Notes under the pieces: model-generated
Database searches by the model: none
What the model saw: only the letters and a program-made list of their open reading frames with translations
Told to the model about the DNA's origin: nothing
Shown here: positions 50,530-59,786 of the stretch, in pieces
How positions within the stretch are numbered: position 1 is the first letter of the stretch
Layout: the number at the start of each line of letters is the position of its first letter
Source: Pseudomonadota bacterium
GTDB taxonomy: Bacteria; Chloroflexota; UBA5177; JAJPKF01
Reading direction: 5' to 3'
Length of the DNA: 64,000 bases
Assembly (NCBI GenBank): GCA_021323865.1
Contig: JAJPKF010000019.1
Location: 130,747-194,746 of the forward strand
Translations under genes and position numbers: made by a program

Positions 50530-51192
50530 CTAGGCTTCTTCTCGGGCCTCTCCCATGCCCGTGGTGGCAGGGAGCGATGTGTTGGACTGTTGTGCCGGGG
50601 ACCTGCCGGCGCTTGGCTGCAGCGTCTGACGCCAAACGTGGTAGATCCGCTGAAGGGCCGTGGCAGCAGTCAGAGCGACCAGGAGAATGAGAACCGGAAC
50701 AAGGATACCCAGCAGCAAGCCGAGGCCGAGAATAATGATCCGCTCGGGTCGCGGCAGAAGGCCCACCTTACACTCCAGACCCAATCCCTCAGCCCGAGCA
50801 CGGGTGTAACTGATCATGAACGATCCGACCAGGAACGCCAGCAAGAGAACAACGGCAGTCGTATTGTGGTGAACGGTGTAGGTGTAGGTCAGTCCGACGA
50901 CAATGGCCGCCTCGCTATAGCGGTCCAGAACCGAATCAAAGAAGGCGCCAAAAGTTGATTGCGACTGAGTGATCCTGGCGAGGGCGCCATCAAGCATGTC
51001 CGCGGCCCCCGCGAGCAGTAGCAGAACTCCGCCCAAGCGAAGGTTGCCGGTGGCGAGAACATAGGCGACGCCAACATTGAGGCCGAAGCCGAGCACGCTG
51101 ACCATGTTTGGCGTGAGTCCGACGCGGGCGAGCGGTCGAACGACGAGCTCGGCCATGCGCCGGCCCCAAGCCTGGACGCCTGAGCTGAACAT
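50530..51192 (-). CDS. CDP-alcohol phosphatidyltransferase (phosphatidylinositol-phosphate synthase-like)
   Basis: 220 aa; motif D-x2-DG-x2-AR-x8-G-x3-D-x3-D ('ADMLDGALARITQSQSTFGAFFDSVLD'); 3-nt spacing after pimA-like gene. Confidence 0.75.
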   Translation of the reverse strand: MFSSGVQAWGRRMAELVVRPLARVGLTPNMVSVLGFGLNVGVAYVLATGNLRLGGVLLLLAGAADMLDGALARITQSQSTFGAFFDSVLDRYSEAAIVVGLTYTYTVHHNTTAVVLLLAFLVGSFMISYTRARAEGLGLECKVGLLPRPERIIILGLGLLLGILVPVLILLVALTAATALQRIYHVWRQTLQPSAGRSPAQQSNTSLPATTGMGEAREEA

Positions 51193-51195
51193 GGG

Positions 51196-52383
51196 TTAGC
51201 CGGAGGGCGCGATCGTGATCGCGGTCTTGCCTGGAGAGAGGAGGTTGGACCAGGCAGGGCTTTCGTTCTCCGAGAGTCGAGCTCGCTCGCCGTAGAAGTG
51301 CAGGATGCGTTGGGCGATCTGCGGCCAGGCGAAATGGTGAGCCCAGGCCTGGCCTGCCGTGCCCATCTCGGATCTCAGTGAGGGATCCTGCAGCAGCTGA
51401 CAGATCGCGTCCGCCAAGGCTTGCTCGTTTCTTGGTGGAACCAGCAGCCCTTGCTTGCCGTGCCCCACCACGTCTCGATAGCCGTCAATGTCTGAAGCGA
51501 CGATGGCTACACCCGAAGCCATGGCTTCCAGGAGAACGATGCCGAAGCTTTCTCCTCCGGTGGCCGGCGAACAGAACACGTCGGCGCTCCTATATAAGGA
51601 GGGCAACACGGAGTCGGGCTGCCAGCCGAGGAAGATGATGTCGCGCAGGCCGTGGGTCTCGACATAGCCACGATAGCGGTCGCGCCCCCAGTCTCCGGCG
51701 CCCGCCACGACGATGCGGGCTTCAGGGAAGGCGTTCTTTATGGCCGGATAGGCCCGGATGAGGTATCCCAATCCCTTACGCTTTTCGGGCCGGCCAACGA
51801 AGAGGATGTTCGGTCGCCCATCGCTCAGTTCGGCAAGCGGTGAGGCAGACGCGAAGCGTTCGTAGTCGACGCCGTTGGGGATGATGGTGTACCGGGCCTG
51901 AAAATACTGTTGCACGAACTTCTTGGAGGCTCGCGAGACAGCAATACGCCCATCGAGATTCATGAATACGCGCTTCAACACGGGGCGTCCATAGAAATAG
52001 CCGTAGTAGGAGCCGCGGTGGGCATGGAACGTCCCGATGTTCAGGGCGTCTGAATAGCGGAGGATGGTTGGCGGGAGCGCGGGCATGAGGGGCTCGTGGG
52101 CGTGGACCACATCGAACTGCTCGGCTCGGAGGATGTCGCGCACCCGGCGAGCCAGCCGGAACGACAAAGTGATGCGGGCGATGGAGCCGTTGGCCCGCAC
52201 CCGGGTGACCCTCCCGACCCGATAGACGTTGTCCATCTGCTTCTCGATTTGACGGTTGGATGACGGCGCAATGATGCGGACGTCATGACCCAGATCGAGG
52301 AACTCCTGCTGGAGGTGCAGGACGTGCTGGGTGACTCCACCGGGATAGGGAAAGTCGTAGGGAGAGACAAGGGCGATTTTCAG
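51196..52383 (-). CDS. pimA: GT4 glycosyltransferase, phosphatidylinositol alpha-mannosyltransferase (PimA)-like; non-canonical start
   Basis: ORF track starts at ATG 52236, but in-frame upstream codons encode 'KIALVSPYDFPYPGGVTQHVLHLQQEFLDLGHDVRIIAPSS…', the conserved GT4/PimA N-terminus; bounded by TAG at 52384..52386; CTG at 52383 has GGAGG 7 nt upstream. Confidence 0.65.
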   Translation of the reverse strand: MKIALVSPYDFPYPGGVTQHVLHLQQEFLDLGHDVRIIAPSSNRQIEKQMDNVYRVGRVTRVRANGSIARITLSFRLARRVRDILRAEQFDVVHAHEPLMPALPPTILRYSDALNIGTFHAHRGSYYGYFYGRPVLKRVFMNLDGRIAVSRASKKFVQQYFQARYTIIPNGVDYERFASASPLAELSDGRPNILFVGRPEKRKGLGYLIRAYPAIKNAFPEARIVVAGAGDWGRDRYRGYVETHGLRDIIFLGWQPDSVLPSLYRSADVFCSPATGGESFGIVLLEAMASGVAIVASDIDGYRDVVGHGKQGLLVPPRNEQALADAICQLLQDPSLRSEMGTAGQAWAHHFAWPQIAQRILHFYGERARLSENESPAWSNLLSPGKTAITIAPSG

Positions 52384-52520
52384 CTATGCGCCTCCGACCG
52401 AGGGCCGAACACCGCGGATGAACGAGACGGCAGGCAGCATACGCCGATGAGGATGCGGCCTTTCCCGCCGGAAAATCGGTGAGTCATTCTAGCAATGTGG
52501 CCGAAATGCGACGGGAAGCG

Positions 52521-52553
52521 GCCAAAAGGAAAGGGCCCGCATTACGCGGGCCC
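52521..52553 (-). terminator. rho-independent terminator for 52576..53094 gene
   Basis: GGGCCCGC-ATTAC-GCGGGCCC hairpin; on minus strand followed by CTTTCCTTTTGG. Confidence 0.55.
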
Positions 52554-52575
52554 CTTTGTCGATACGGAGGTTGTT

Positions 52576-53094
52576 CTAGTGCTTGCCCTTCTTGTGGGGA
52601 AGGACCATGTACATGCGCGGATGCTTGCTGGCGTACTGACCCTTGGAGTCCTTCCACAGCAGCGTCCACTTGCCCTTTTCCTTGCCCTTCTTGTGGAAGA
52701 CGTAGACGTCGAAGCCGTCCTTGTTGAAGGTAATGGGCTCTTTGAGGTCGTGGACCTTCTTGCCGGTAACGGAGTCATACATGAGGATGCGGAAGCACTG
52801 CGCGCCCTTGGGGGAAGCCTTCGGGCAGGCAACCGTAGACGTCACGACGTTGATCGGATCTTTGCCGTGAGGCCGGAAGTTGAACGACTGGCCCTGGGGC
52901 TTGCCGTTCTTACCCTTCTTTCCGCCCTTGACGCCCGGAACGTGGGTCTTCTTGAAATGGCCCGGCTTTGCCGTGCCGCAATTCCCCTTCGAATAGCCCT
53001 TGGCCGAGCATGCGGAGGCGACCCCGGATGATGTGGCGGCGGCGAACGCGGTCATAGGAACGATTAAGACAAGTGCTGCGAGGACCTTCTTCAC
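52576..53094 (-). CDS. small secreted lysine-rich protein, 4 Cys (hypothetical)
   Basis: 172 aa; signal peptide MKKVLAALVLIVPMTAFAAA; about 19% Lys (KGGKKGKNGK, KKGKEKGK); native GC-rich codon usage. Confidence 0.55.
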   Translation of the reverse strand: MKKVLAALVLIVPMTAFAAATSSGVASACSAKGYSKGNCGTAKPGHFKKTHVPGVKGGKKGKNGKPQGQSFNFRPHGKDPINVVTSTVACPKASPKGAQCFRILMYDSVTGKKVHDLKEPITFNKDGFDVYVFHKKGKEKGKWTLLWKDSKGQYASKHPRMYMVLPHKKGKH

Positions 53095-53185
53095 AAGCTT
53101 CTCCTTGGTGGTGTCGGTGTGGGCCGCTTCGTCACGCTTAGCATCAGTCTATAGTACGCAGACAGATTTGGCAAGCAGCAAATTT

Positions 53186-55198
53186 CTAGAGAGGGTGCCT
53201 CTTGTCGGTAAAGAGGCTAGGCAAGATGTACGGGTCGCCCTCATAGACGTGATGGGGCGGTGAGTAGGATGCCGGATGTATTGGGCCGCCCACCGGCACT
53301 GACACCCGGTTCAGCCTCTGCGTCACGGGTACTGTCAGCTTTACTCCTCCCTTCCCTCCGATGGTCACGCCGCCCGTGCCGAGTACCTCTAGGTGTATCG
53401 TACCAAGGTACGAGCCCGGTTGTCTCTGGATGGTCAGCTGGTAGCGGTTGCCGGTGAAGGCGGACGGAGGGACCAGGTAGCGGAACACCACCACATCGGT
53501 GTGGTTTTCCTTGACCCCCATGCCGCCGGCAAGCTGTCGCGCTCCGTACGCCGTTTCGTCGGCCCAGGCATCGATGCCGCTTGATCCGAGCAAACGGGCG
53601 CCGGGGGGCACGTAGATGCGCAGGAAATCCAGGTAGTCGTGCTTGGTGCCGCCCAACCCGAAGTGGGGACCGAACCCCTCCAGGGTGTTGGGCGAGCGAT
53701 TCACATGGTAGCGCAGCGTCAGGGTGGCCTGCGCCCATAGATCGGGGCGTACGACCACGTGATACGTAACTGCTTCTCGCACGTAGGGATTGAGCTTGTT
53801 GTAGGAACGATTGTCGTCGACGATGTAGAGGAAATCGTGTTGCGGGCGGGCAATCGTCCCCTCCGCACCGACGTCGACGATGGTCCGCTCGATGGCCGGA
53901 TTGCGATCGTACATGAGCAGATGCTCCTGAGCCACCGCCCTATGGAGGCCTGTTGCCACGCGCAGGAAGCCGGGGATCCCCATTCCCTGGAGGCGCTTGA
54001 TCATGACGCCCATGAAGACGCCGAGGAAACTCGTCTTGCTGGCATCTGCACGCGCCTGACTGGTCGAGAAGGGATGCCTGGTTCCGTAGATGTAAAAGTT
54101 GGCCACAGCCTGGGCATTCTTGGCGGCGACGACTCGGCGATAGCCGGGGACGTAAACCGGCCCCGTCGCTTGCAGGATATCGGCGGCGCCGTCGGTCACA
54201 TTCACGACCATCGGAGCCCACCGGCCCGTATCCTCGCCATACAGCCATCGTTCAAACCGGGCGGACAAAGGAAAGCTGGGAGACCAGTTGGAATCCCGGA
54301 ACAGCCAGCTCACTTCATCCGTATATGTGGCCATCGGTGCGGGTATGGGCATGGTGATCTCATGGCTGAGGGCGCTGCCGCTCGGCTGAGTCGAGACGAT
54401 ACCCTTACGAACCGTCATGTAGTTGACTGCTCCGATGAAGCCGCCCGTGGATCGCAGCTCACGACGGTCTTCCCATGCGAGCAGAATATGGCTGGGCCGC
54501 GACCAGCCGAGTAGCGTCGGCGCCGCCGTGAGCCATTCGGCCGAATTGCGCAATCCCGGCAGCTCGCCCCGAAAGCGGTGGAGGCTTCGGTTGAGAACGG
54601 CGCTTCCCAGATTGACCGGTGCTCCCCGGAGCGCGGCGAGGGCGCTATCGAACTCTCGAGTTGCGGTCATGAAGCGCAGGTGACCCCTGGCGAGTACGGG
54701 CAGAATACGAGGCAAAAGCGGCTGGCCGGGGCGGTGGGCCGCCAGGATCGACCACATGGGAGAGGAGGCGTCCAGGAGGCTCAGGGCCGCCGAGGTGCTG
54801 TCCCGGCCCGCGGTGGCCAGCGGAGCGGCAGCCGCCAGCTCCGAGCCGACGCCCGGAACCCAGCCCAGATGGCCCAGAAGTGGCTCCCAGAGGACGAGAT
54901 CGTTCTCGGCCAATCCGAACTCGCCATTCGCGGCCGAGAGGTGGCTATTGAGCTGCTGCCGCATGGTCGGATCTTGGAGAGCCGTTAGGTTTCCCGCCAC
55001 CGACCGGGCGATGTTGAGATCGGCGACCGCATTCGACAGGTGTCTGCGGGCCTGCACCAGCTGCACCAGAGCCACGAGCGCTATGACGATAAGGGCTGCG
55101 GTCAAAAGGCGCTTCACTAGCTGCCGCTTTGCCCTGATGTGCACGATCGGGGTTGCCTTGGGCCGTGTCTGGGCCCTCACAGGGATTGCTGCGCTCAT
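53186..55198 (-). CDS. DUF4012 domain-containing membrane-anchored protein
   Basis: ATG 55198 (alternative GTG 55252); N-terminal TM 'LLTAALIVIALVALV' then a >600-aa extracytoplasmic domain; DUF4012 assigned from overall architecture (N-terminal TM plus large ~600-aa extracytoplasmic domain), motifs recalled from memory, low certainty. Confidence 0.5.
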   Translation of the reverse strand: MSAAIPVRAQTRPKATPIVHIRAKRQLVKRLLTAALIVIALVALVQLVQARRHLSNAVADLNIARSVAGNLTALQDPTMRQQLNSHLSAANGEFGLAENDLVLWEPLLGHLGWVPGVGSELAAAAPLATAGRDSTSAALSLLDASSPMWSILAAHRPGQPLLPRILPVLARGHLRFMTATREFDSALAALRGAPVNLGSAVLNRSLHRFRGELPGLRNSAEWLTAAPTLLGWSRPSHILLAWEDRRELRSTGGFIGAVNYMTVRKGIVSTQPSGSALSHEITMPIPAPMATYTDEVSWLFRDSNWSPSFPLSARFERWLYGEDTGRWAPMVVNVTDGAADILQATGPVYVPGYRRVVAAKNAQAVANFYIYGTRHPFSTSQARADASKTSFLGVFMGVMIKRLQGMGIPGFLRVATGLHRAVAQEHLLMYDRNPAIERTIVDVGAEGTIARPQHDFLYIVDDNRSYNKLNPYVREAVTYHVVVRPDLWAQATLTLRYHVNRSPNTLEGFGPHFGLGGTKHDYLDFLRIYVPPGARLLGSSGIDAWADETAYGARQLAGGMGVKENHTDVVVFRYLVPPSAFTGNRYQLTIQRQPGSYLGTIHLEVLGTGGVTIGGKGGVKLTVPVTQRLNRVSVPVGGPIHPASYSPPHHVYEGDPYILPSLFTDKRHPL

Positions 55199-55267
55199 CT
55201 CAGTGCATGCTGCGTCACGTTGCGGCGATGACCACGCCGACCTAGGAGCCACACGGCCTCCAGCCGC

Positions 55268-56905
55268 TCAGTGGCGCGAGTGGGACCGGCCCTGATTGTG
55301 GGGCTGGGCGGGAAGGACGATACGGCTACCACGATGTACCAGCGTGAGGTCGACTGAATTAGAGAAGGGGCCTCGGAAGAACAGCAGGCTCTTGACGGTG
55401 ACGGCGACCTCCCAGCGATAGTGACCGGCCGGCAGGTTGGCCCGGACGCATGAACCCTTTGCGGGCTTGAATCGGTGCAGGTGGGTCTGCCGGGTTCCGG
55501 TGAACGTGCCGATGCGGGCATCGTAAACGGCGTGCGACATCGAACGATGCCAGCACAGGAAGACGAGGCGGCTCGCCCCCTTCTGAGGCCCGAGGGCGAT
55601 ATGGAGCCCCGTCGGAGATTGCAGATGAGGACCGACGTAGAGGCCTGTTCGGCGACTGTAGGGCGCCCACAACTTGAGCGGCGCCAAGGAGCGCACCCGC
55701 CAAAAGTAAAACCGGCCGCCCTTCACGTTCTGCAGGACGTAGTGGTCGGCTCGCTGCACCCGCGATACCAGTGGATGGCGCCACACGGCCCGATTGGGGT
55801 CCTTCCGACGGGCCGCGACGATCTGCAGCTGATACCGAGAGGCCAACCCGCTGCCGTTCCAAGAGATGGGCACGGTCGGGCCCCACGTCATGTACCGGAT
55901 ACCGGGACGCGGAATCTGGGCGCCGGCGGGCACTTGGACCGCAGGAATAAGCAAGAGGGGAAGGACGATAAACAACATGATGTTGATGCTGCCGTGGGCG
56001 AGGGTGACGCCGAACAGCGATTTGGTTCGCAACACCACGGCGCTGAAGTACACGGCAACGACGAGAACGAACAGCAGGTCGAGGGGATTGTGCCATCCGA
56101 TGTGCAGCGCGGCAAAGATAAGGGCCGTAAAGGCCACGCCCAATCCGGTGCCCAGCCACCGCGTGCTGACCGTTTGGATCAAGCCTCGAAAGATGAATTC
56201 CTCAAAGAGGCCGGTGAAGATCATGAGAATCAGGGCTCCGCCGATGATCCAGAGCCAGGACGGGCTGACCATGGGCTGAACACCGAGGATGGACCACTCG
56301 CCCACCCCCAGAATGACTCCACTGCAGGCGACCGCAATCTCAAGCGGCAGATTCTGTGGGTTGGGCGGAACGAGGTTCAGATCCTTCCAGGACAGCCCGA
56401 TATTCTTGGCGATCAGTCCCCCGCCGGCGAATACCGGAACCGCCGTGAGGAGATACCAAAAGGCCTGCGGAACCTGGCCGAGCGGCATGGAGAGGCTGAT
56501 GACGCGAATCATGGGGGCGACCGCGCAGGTCAAGAGAAAGGCCCGTCGGTTTCCCGAAGCTTCCGACCCGGCCAGCAGCAGAATGGTCAACAGGACGATG
56601 TCGATGCCGACTCCCACGACCGCGCCGATGGGATGATTCTGTACGGTGACGTAGGTGATGACCGTCTCGGACAGAATGACGGCAGCCAAGACCAATCCGG
56701 CGATGGTGAGATCTGTCCGGCGGTCGGACGGCTTGCGTTGGGCATCGCTCCGTTTCACGGGGCGAGCCCCGGCCTTGCGACGAGCGGTCGTCACGGATGT
56801 CGGCGAAGACTGAACCGGGATCGGCTGGCTCCTGGCCGACATACCGAAAACTCGGCGCAACCCATCCATGCCGCCCGACTGGCGCGACGAAACCTGCTTG
56901 TTCAT
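55268..56905 (-). CDS. CPBP family intramembrane glutamic endopeptidase (CAAX protease/Abi) with C-terminal extracytoplasmic domain
   Basis: 545 aa; conserved 'EEFIFRG', 'FAALH', 'HGSIN' CPBP motifs in multi-TM region; ~200-aa C-terminal soluble extension. Confidence 0.65.
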   Translation of the reverse strand: MNKQVSSRQSGGMDGLRRVFGMSARSQPIPVQSSPTSVTTARRKAGARPVKRSDAQRKPSDRRTDLTIAGLVLAAVILSETVITYVTVQNHPIGAVVGVGIDIVLLTILLLAGSEASGNRRAFLLTCAVAPMIRVISLSMPLGQVPQAFWYLLTAVPVFAGGGLIAKNIGLSWKDLNLVPPNPQNLPLEIAVACSGVILGVGEWSILGVQPMVSPSWLWIIGGALILMIFTGLFEEFIFRGLIQTVSTRWLGTGLGVAFTALIFAALHIGWHNPLDLLFVLVVAVYFSAVVLRTKSLFGVTLAHGSINIMLFIVLPLLLIPAVQVPAGAQIPRPGIRYMTWGPTVPISWNGSGLASRYQLQIVAARRKDPNRAVWRHPLVSRVQRADHYVLQNVKGGRFYFWRVRSLAPLKLWAPYSRRTGLYVGPHLQSPTGLHIALGPQKGASRLVFLCWHRSMSHAVYDARIGTFTGTRQTHLHRFKPAKGSCVRANLPAGHYRWEVAVTVKSLLFFRGPFSNSVDLTLVHRGSRIVLPAQPHNQGRSHSRH

Positions 56906-57054
56906 GAACGACCCTAACTCTCAAACCCCGCCGGAGGGGCCGTCGAGGAGACGGGCTCGTTCGCGGGCATGCTTTTGCAGTGTAGCCGAAAGGCAATGCA
57001 ACTGAGAAATGGCCTGGAAGGCCATCAGTGGCCCTCCAGGCGCTTCGGCTAGGA

Positions 57055-58518
57055 CTAGGAGCTTGGGGGGGCCAGGGCGTAGATGTGCCCGGGTGTGTCC
57101 GGGAGACCCCTGGCGTCACTGGCGTACAGCGTTCCGTTGGAAACCGAGAGCGGAGCGGGGAACGCTGCTCCCGGAACCGCGAGATGGTACAGTACCTGGC
57201 CGTCCTGGGTCGAGACGCCCAAGACTTGATTCCCGCACCCCGCGAAGGCGACGCCAGGCACCACCGTCACGGCTCCCTGGCAGTAATGCGTGACGCAGGT
57301 TTGCCAGAGGAATTTGCCGGTGTTGGGGTTCATCGCCCGAATGCTGCCCGCGCACGTGTTCCCGGCAATGGTTGTTTGGCCTTCGGCCGCAAACAGCCGC
57401 TTCCCGTTCCAGGCGGCGGAGCCCAGATTGATTCCACCATTGAAGGGATTGCCTTGGAAGAGGCCGATCCGCTTCTCCCACACCGGTCCGGCACCCAGAT
57501 GGTCGGCTCGAAAGGCGTAGTAGATCCCGTTCTTGTTCACCGCTCCCACCATCTCGGTCTTCCCCAGGGTGGGCAGGGTGGCCTGGAAGATGGTAGGCGT
57601 GGCGCCGAAGTCGGCGTCATCCACCTGCTGAGCCGGGGGCACCTCCCAATGTCCGAGCAGTGAGAGGTCGCGCGCGCTCAGCTCGATCATCGATTCTCCA
57701 TAGGTGAGCAGCGACTGCGGGCATGTTCCTGGATTCCCCGTGTCCACGTAGATCGTTCCACGGGCGGCATCCAGGGCCGGTGATCCCCAGATTCCGTCGC
57801 CGACACAGCCGCTGAGGGCCGTCTCGTACACGTGCACGATCTTGCCCGTCGATGCGTTTAACTCAAATACCCCGCTGGGAACCAGGGGACAATCGCTCAC
57901 CGACGCCAGGCCGATGATCACCATACCTCGGTACACGATTGGAGAGTCCCAGATGAACCCGCTGTTCTGGAGTCCGATGCGGGTCTTCCAAACCACCTTT
58001 CCTGTGCCGGCACGCAGGGCGTACATCTGGCTGTCGCCGCCGCCAACAATGAGAACGCGACGGTTTTGCCCGTGGCGCTGGATGGTGGTCACCACGCCGG
58101 ATGAGCTGGGACCATATCGGGTGAAATCGCAGTGCGGAGTGCTCGAGTCACCCACCCAGGTAGACCACAGGGGTTGCCCCGCCGTGTCGCTGGCATGCTC
58201 ATAGCCATCCCACGAAGCCCAGTACACCATTCCGCCGACGACGATTGGTTCGGTGGTCACGGGACCGTTGGCATTGATGGTCCATTGGGTCGTCAGAGTA
58301 GGTGCTGTGACGGGGTTGATGGCCGTTTCGCCGGCCGCATAACTGGTTCTCCCGGGACTGCCGAGATACATCGGCCAGTCCTTCGAGGGGACGGAGCGCA
58401 GGGCATGCGCCTGGATGGGCTGCCACGCGACAGAGAGGCAAAGGAGGGCCAGCACTCCGCTAACCAGAAATGACCACAGCGTACGCGGGGAGACGAGGCG
58501 GGGAAGATGACGGTGCAT
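57055..58518 (-). CDS. PQQ-like beta-propeller repeat protein, secreted
   Basis: 487 aa; signal peptide; repeated 'G-x-V/I-Y…G…A…D…G-K/T-x-W' PQQ/BamB-like blades. Confidence 0.65.
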   Translation of the reverse strand: MHRHLPRLVSPRTLWSFLVSGVLALLCLSVAWQPIQAHALRSVPSKDWPMYLGSPGRTSYAAGETAINPVTAPTLTTQWTINANGPVTTEPIVVGGMVYWASWDGYEHASDTAGQPLWSTWVGDSSTPHCDFTRYGPSSSGVVTTIQRHGQNRRVLIVGGGDSQMYALRAGTGKVVWKTRIGLQNSGFIWDSPIVYRGMVIIGLASVSDCPLVPSGVFELNASTGKIVHVYETALSGCVGDGIWGSPALDAARGTIYVDTGNPGTCPQSLLTYGESMIELSARDLSLLGHWEVPPAQQVDDADFGATPTIFQATLPTLGKTEMVGAVNKNGIYYAFRADHLGAGPVWEKRIGLFQGNPFNGGINLGSAAWNGKRLFAAEGQTTIAGNTCAGSIRAMNPNTGKFLWQTCVTHYCQGAVTVVPGVAFAGCGNQVLGVSTQDGQVLYHLAVPGAAFPAPLSVSNGTLYASDARGLPDTPGHIYALAPPSS

Positions 58519-58679
58519 GGGGAAAGTACCTCTTGGTTCCTAGTGCTCTTGAGAGCAACGTACGGATTGTATACCGGCCCCCGATCTCACCCTCTTGGGC
58601 CTCGGCGAGACCAGAAGCCATCCCATGTACATTTGTGAGTGTTCGCGCTCGCTCGGCCGGCGCATCCGACGGCTCGATC

Positions 58680-59786
58680 GTGAGACGGCGCATCGGCATA
58701 AACGGCAACCTCATCTCTTCCGACCCATCGTTCCGGTCGGCCGGCATCGCTACCTATATACGGCGCCTTGCAGAACGGTTGCCCGTGGTCGACCCCGACA
58801 CCGACTATGTGCTGTTTGGACAACTGGCCACTGGGCTCATGGTCCGCAGCTGGGGCTGGACGAGGCGGCGAGAGGGCCGAATCATATGGGAACAGGTCCT
58901 CTCCCCCATCCAGGTGCGAACGGCAAGGCTCGGACTGCTTCACAGCCCTGCAAACGTGGCGCCGGTAGCACTGGGCTTGCCCAGTGTTGTTACGGTCCAC
59001 GACCTTACCTTCATTCGCCAGCCCGAATGGTTCCATGGCCGAGACCGGTTCATCCTGGCCCCGCTCATGAGGCTGAGCATCCAGCGGGCCGACGCGGTCA
59101 TCGTCCCTTCCGCATCCACGGGTCGGGACGTGGCGGAACACTACTCCCTGCCGGAAGACCGGATCGAGGTGATTCCCGAGGGTGTGGATCCGCGATTCTC
59201 TGAGACGACCCCGGTCTCGGCGCCCGTCCCATACCCATACATCCTGCATGTCGGCACCATCGAACCGCGCAAGAACCTTCCGGTTCTGATCGAGGCGGCT
59301 GCCCGGCTGCGGGCCCTCGCATTTCCGCACCGCTTGGTGTTGGTAGGCGGTCGCGGCTGGAAGTACGAGGCAGTGCTCACGGCGATTCGAAACCACGGCT
59401 TGGAGGATTGGGTCGTCGAGGCGGGCTTCCAATCCGACTTATTGCCCTGGTATCGGTACGCTGCGGCGTTTGTGTATCCCTCCGCGTACGAAGGCTTTGG
59501 GCTGCCGCCGCTCGAGGCGATGGCCTGTGGCGTACCGACGGTGGTATCCAGCGGCGGTAGTTTGCCTGAGGTGGTCGGAGATGGCGCCGTCGTGGTACCG
59601 GTCGGCGACGTGTCTCGCCTTGTTCAGGCATTGGAAATGGTCCTAAGAGACTCGCCGTCAACCGCAGATTTGAAACGGCGTGCCACGGAGAAGGCTCGCT
59701 CGTACTCATGGGACGCTTGCGCGGAGCGCACGGCGCAAGTATTCCACGCGGTTCTTGATTCCAGGGCCCGAATGGGGACGGGATGA
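58680..59786 (+). CDS. GT4 glycosyltransferase
   Basis: GTG 58680 (RRRIGINGN…); C-terminal 'YPSAYEGFGLPPLEAMACGVPTVVSSGGSLPEVVGDG' EX7E motif. Confidence 0.7.
   Translation: MRRRIGINGNLISSDPSFRSAGIATYIRRLAERLPVVDPDTDYVLFGQLATGLMVRSWGWTRRREGRIIWEQVLSPIQVRTARLGLLHSPANVAPVALGLPSVVTVHDLTFIRQPEWFHGRDRFILAPLMRLSIQRADAVIVPSASTGRDVAEHYSLPEDRIEVIPEGVDPRFSETTPVSAPVPYPYILHVGTIEPRKNLPVLIEAAARLRALAFPHRLVLVGGRGWKYEAVLTAIRNHGLEDWVVEAGFQSDLLPWYRYAAAFVYPSAYEGFGLPPLEAMACGVPTVVSSGGSLPEVVGDGAVVVPVGDVSRLVQALEMVLRDSPSTADLKRRATEKARSYSWDACAERTAQVFHAVLDSRARMGTG

Noticed and set aside
55475-56917. 480-aa plus-strand ORF and 266-aa minus alternative-frame ORF over the CPBP gene
   Set aside because: The CPBP reading frame carries the EExxxR/FxxxH/HxxxN motifs. 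The alternative frames are Arg/Gly-rich.
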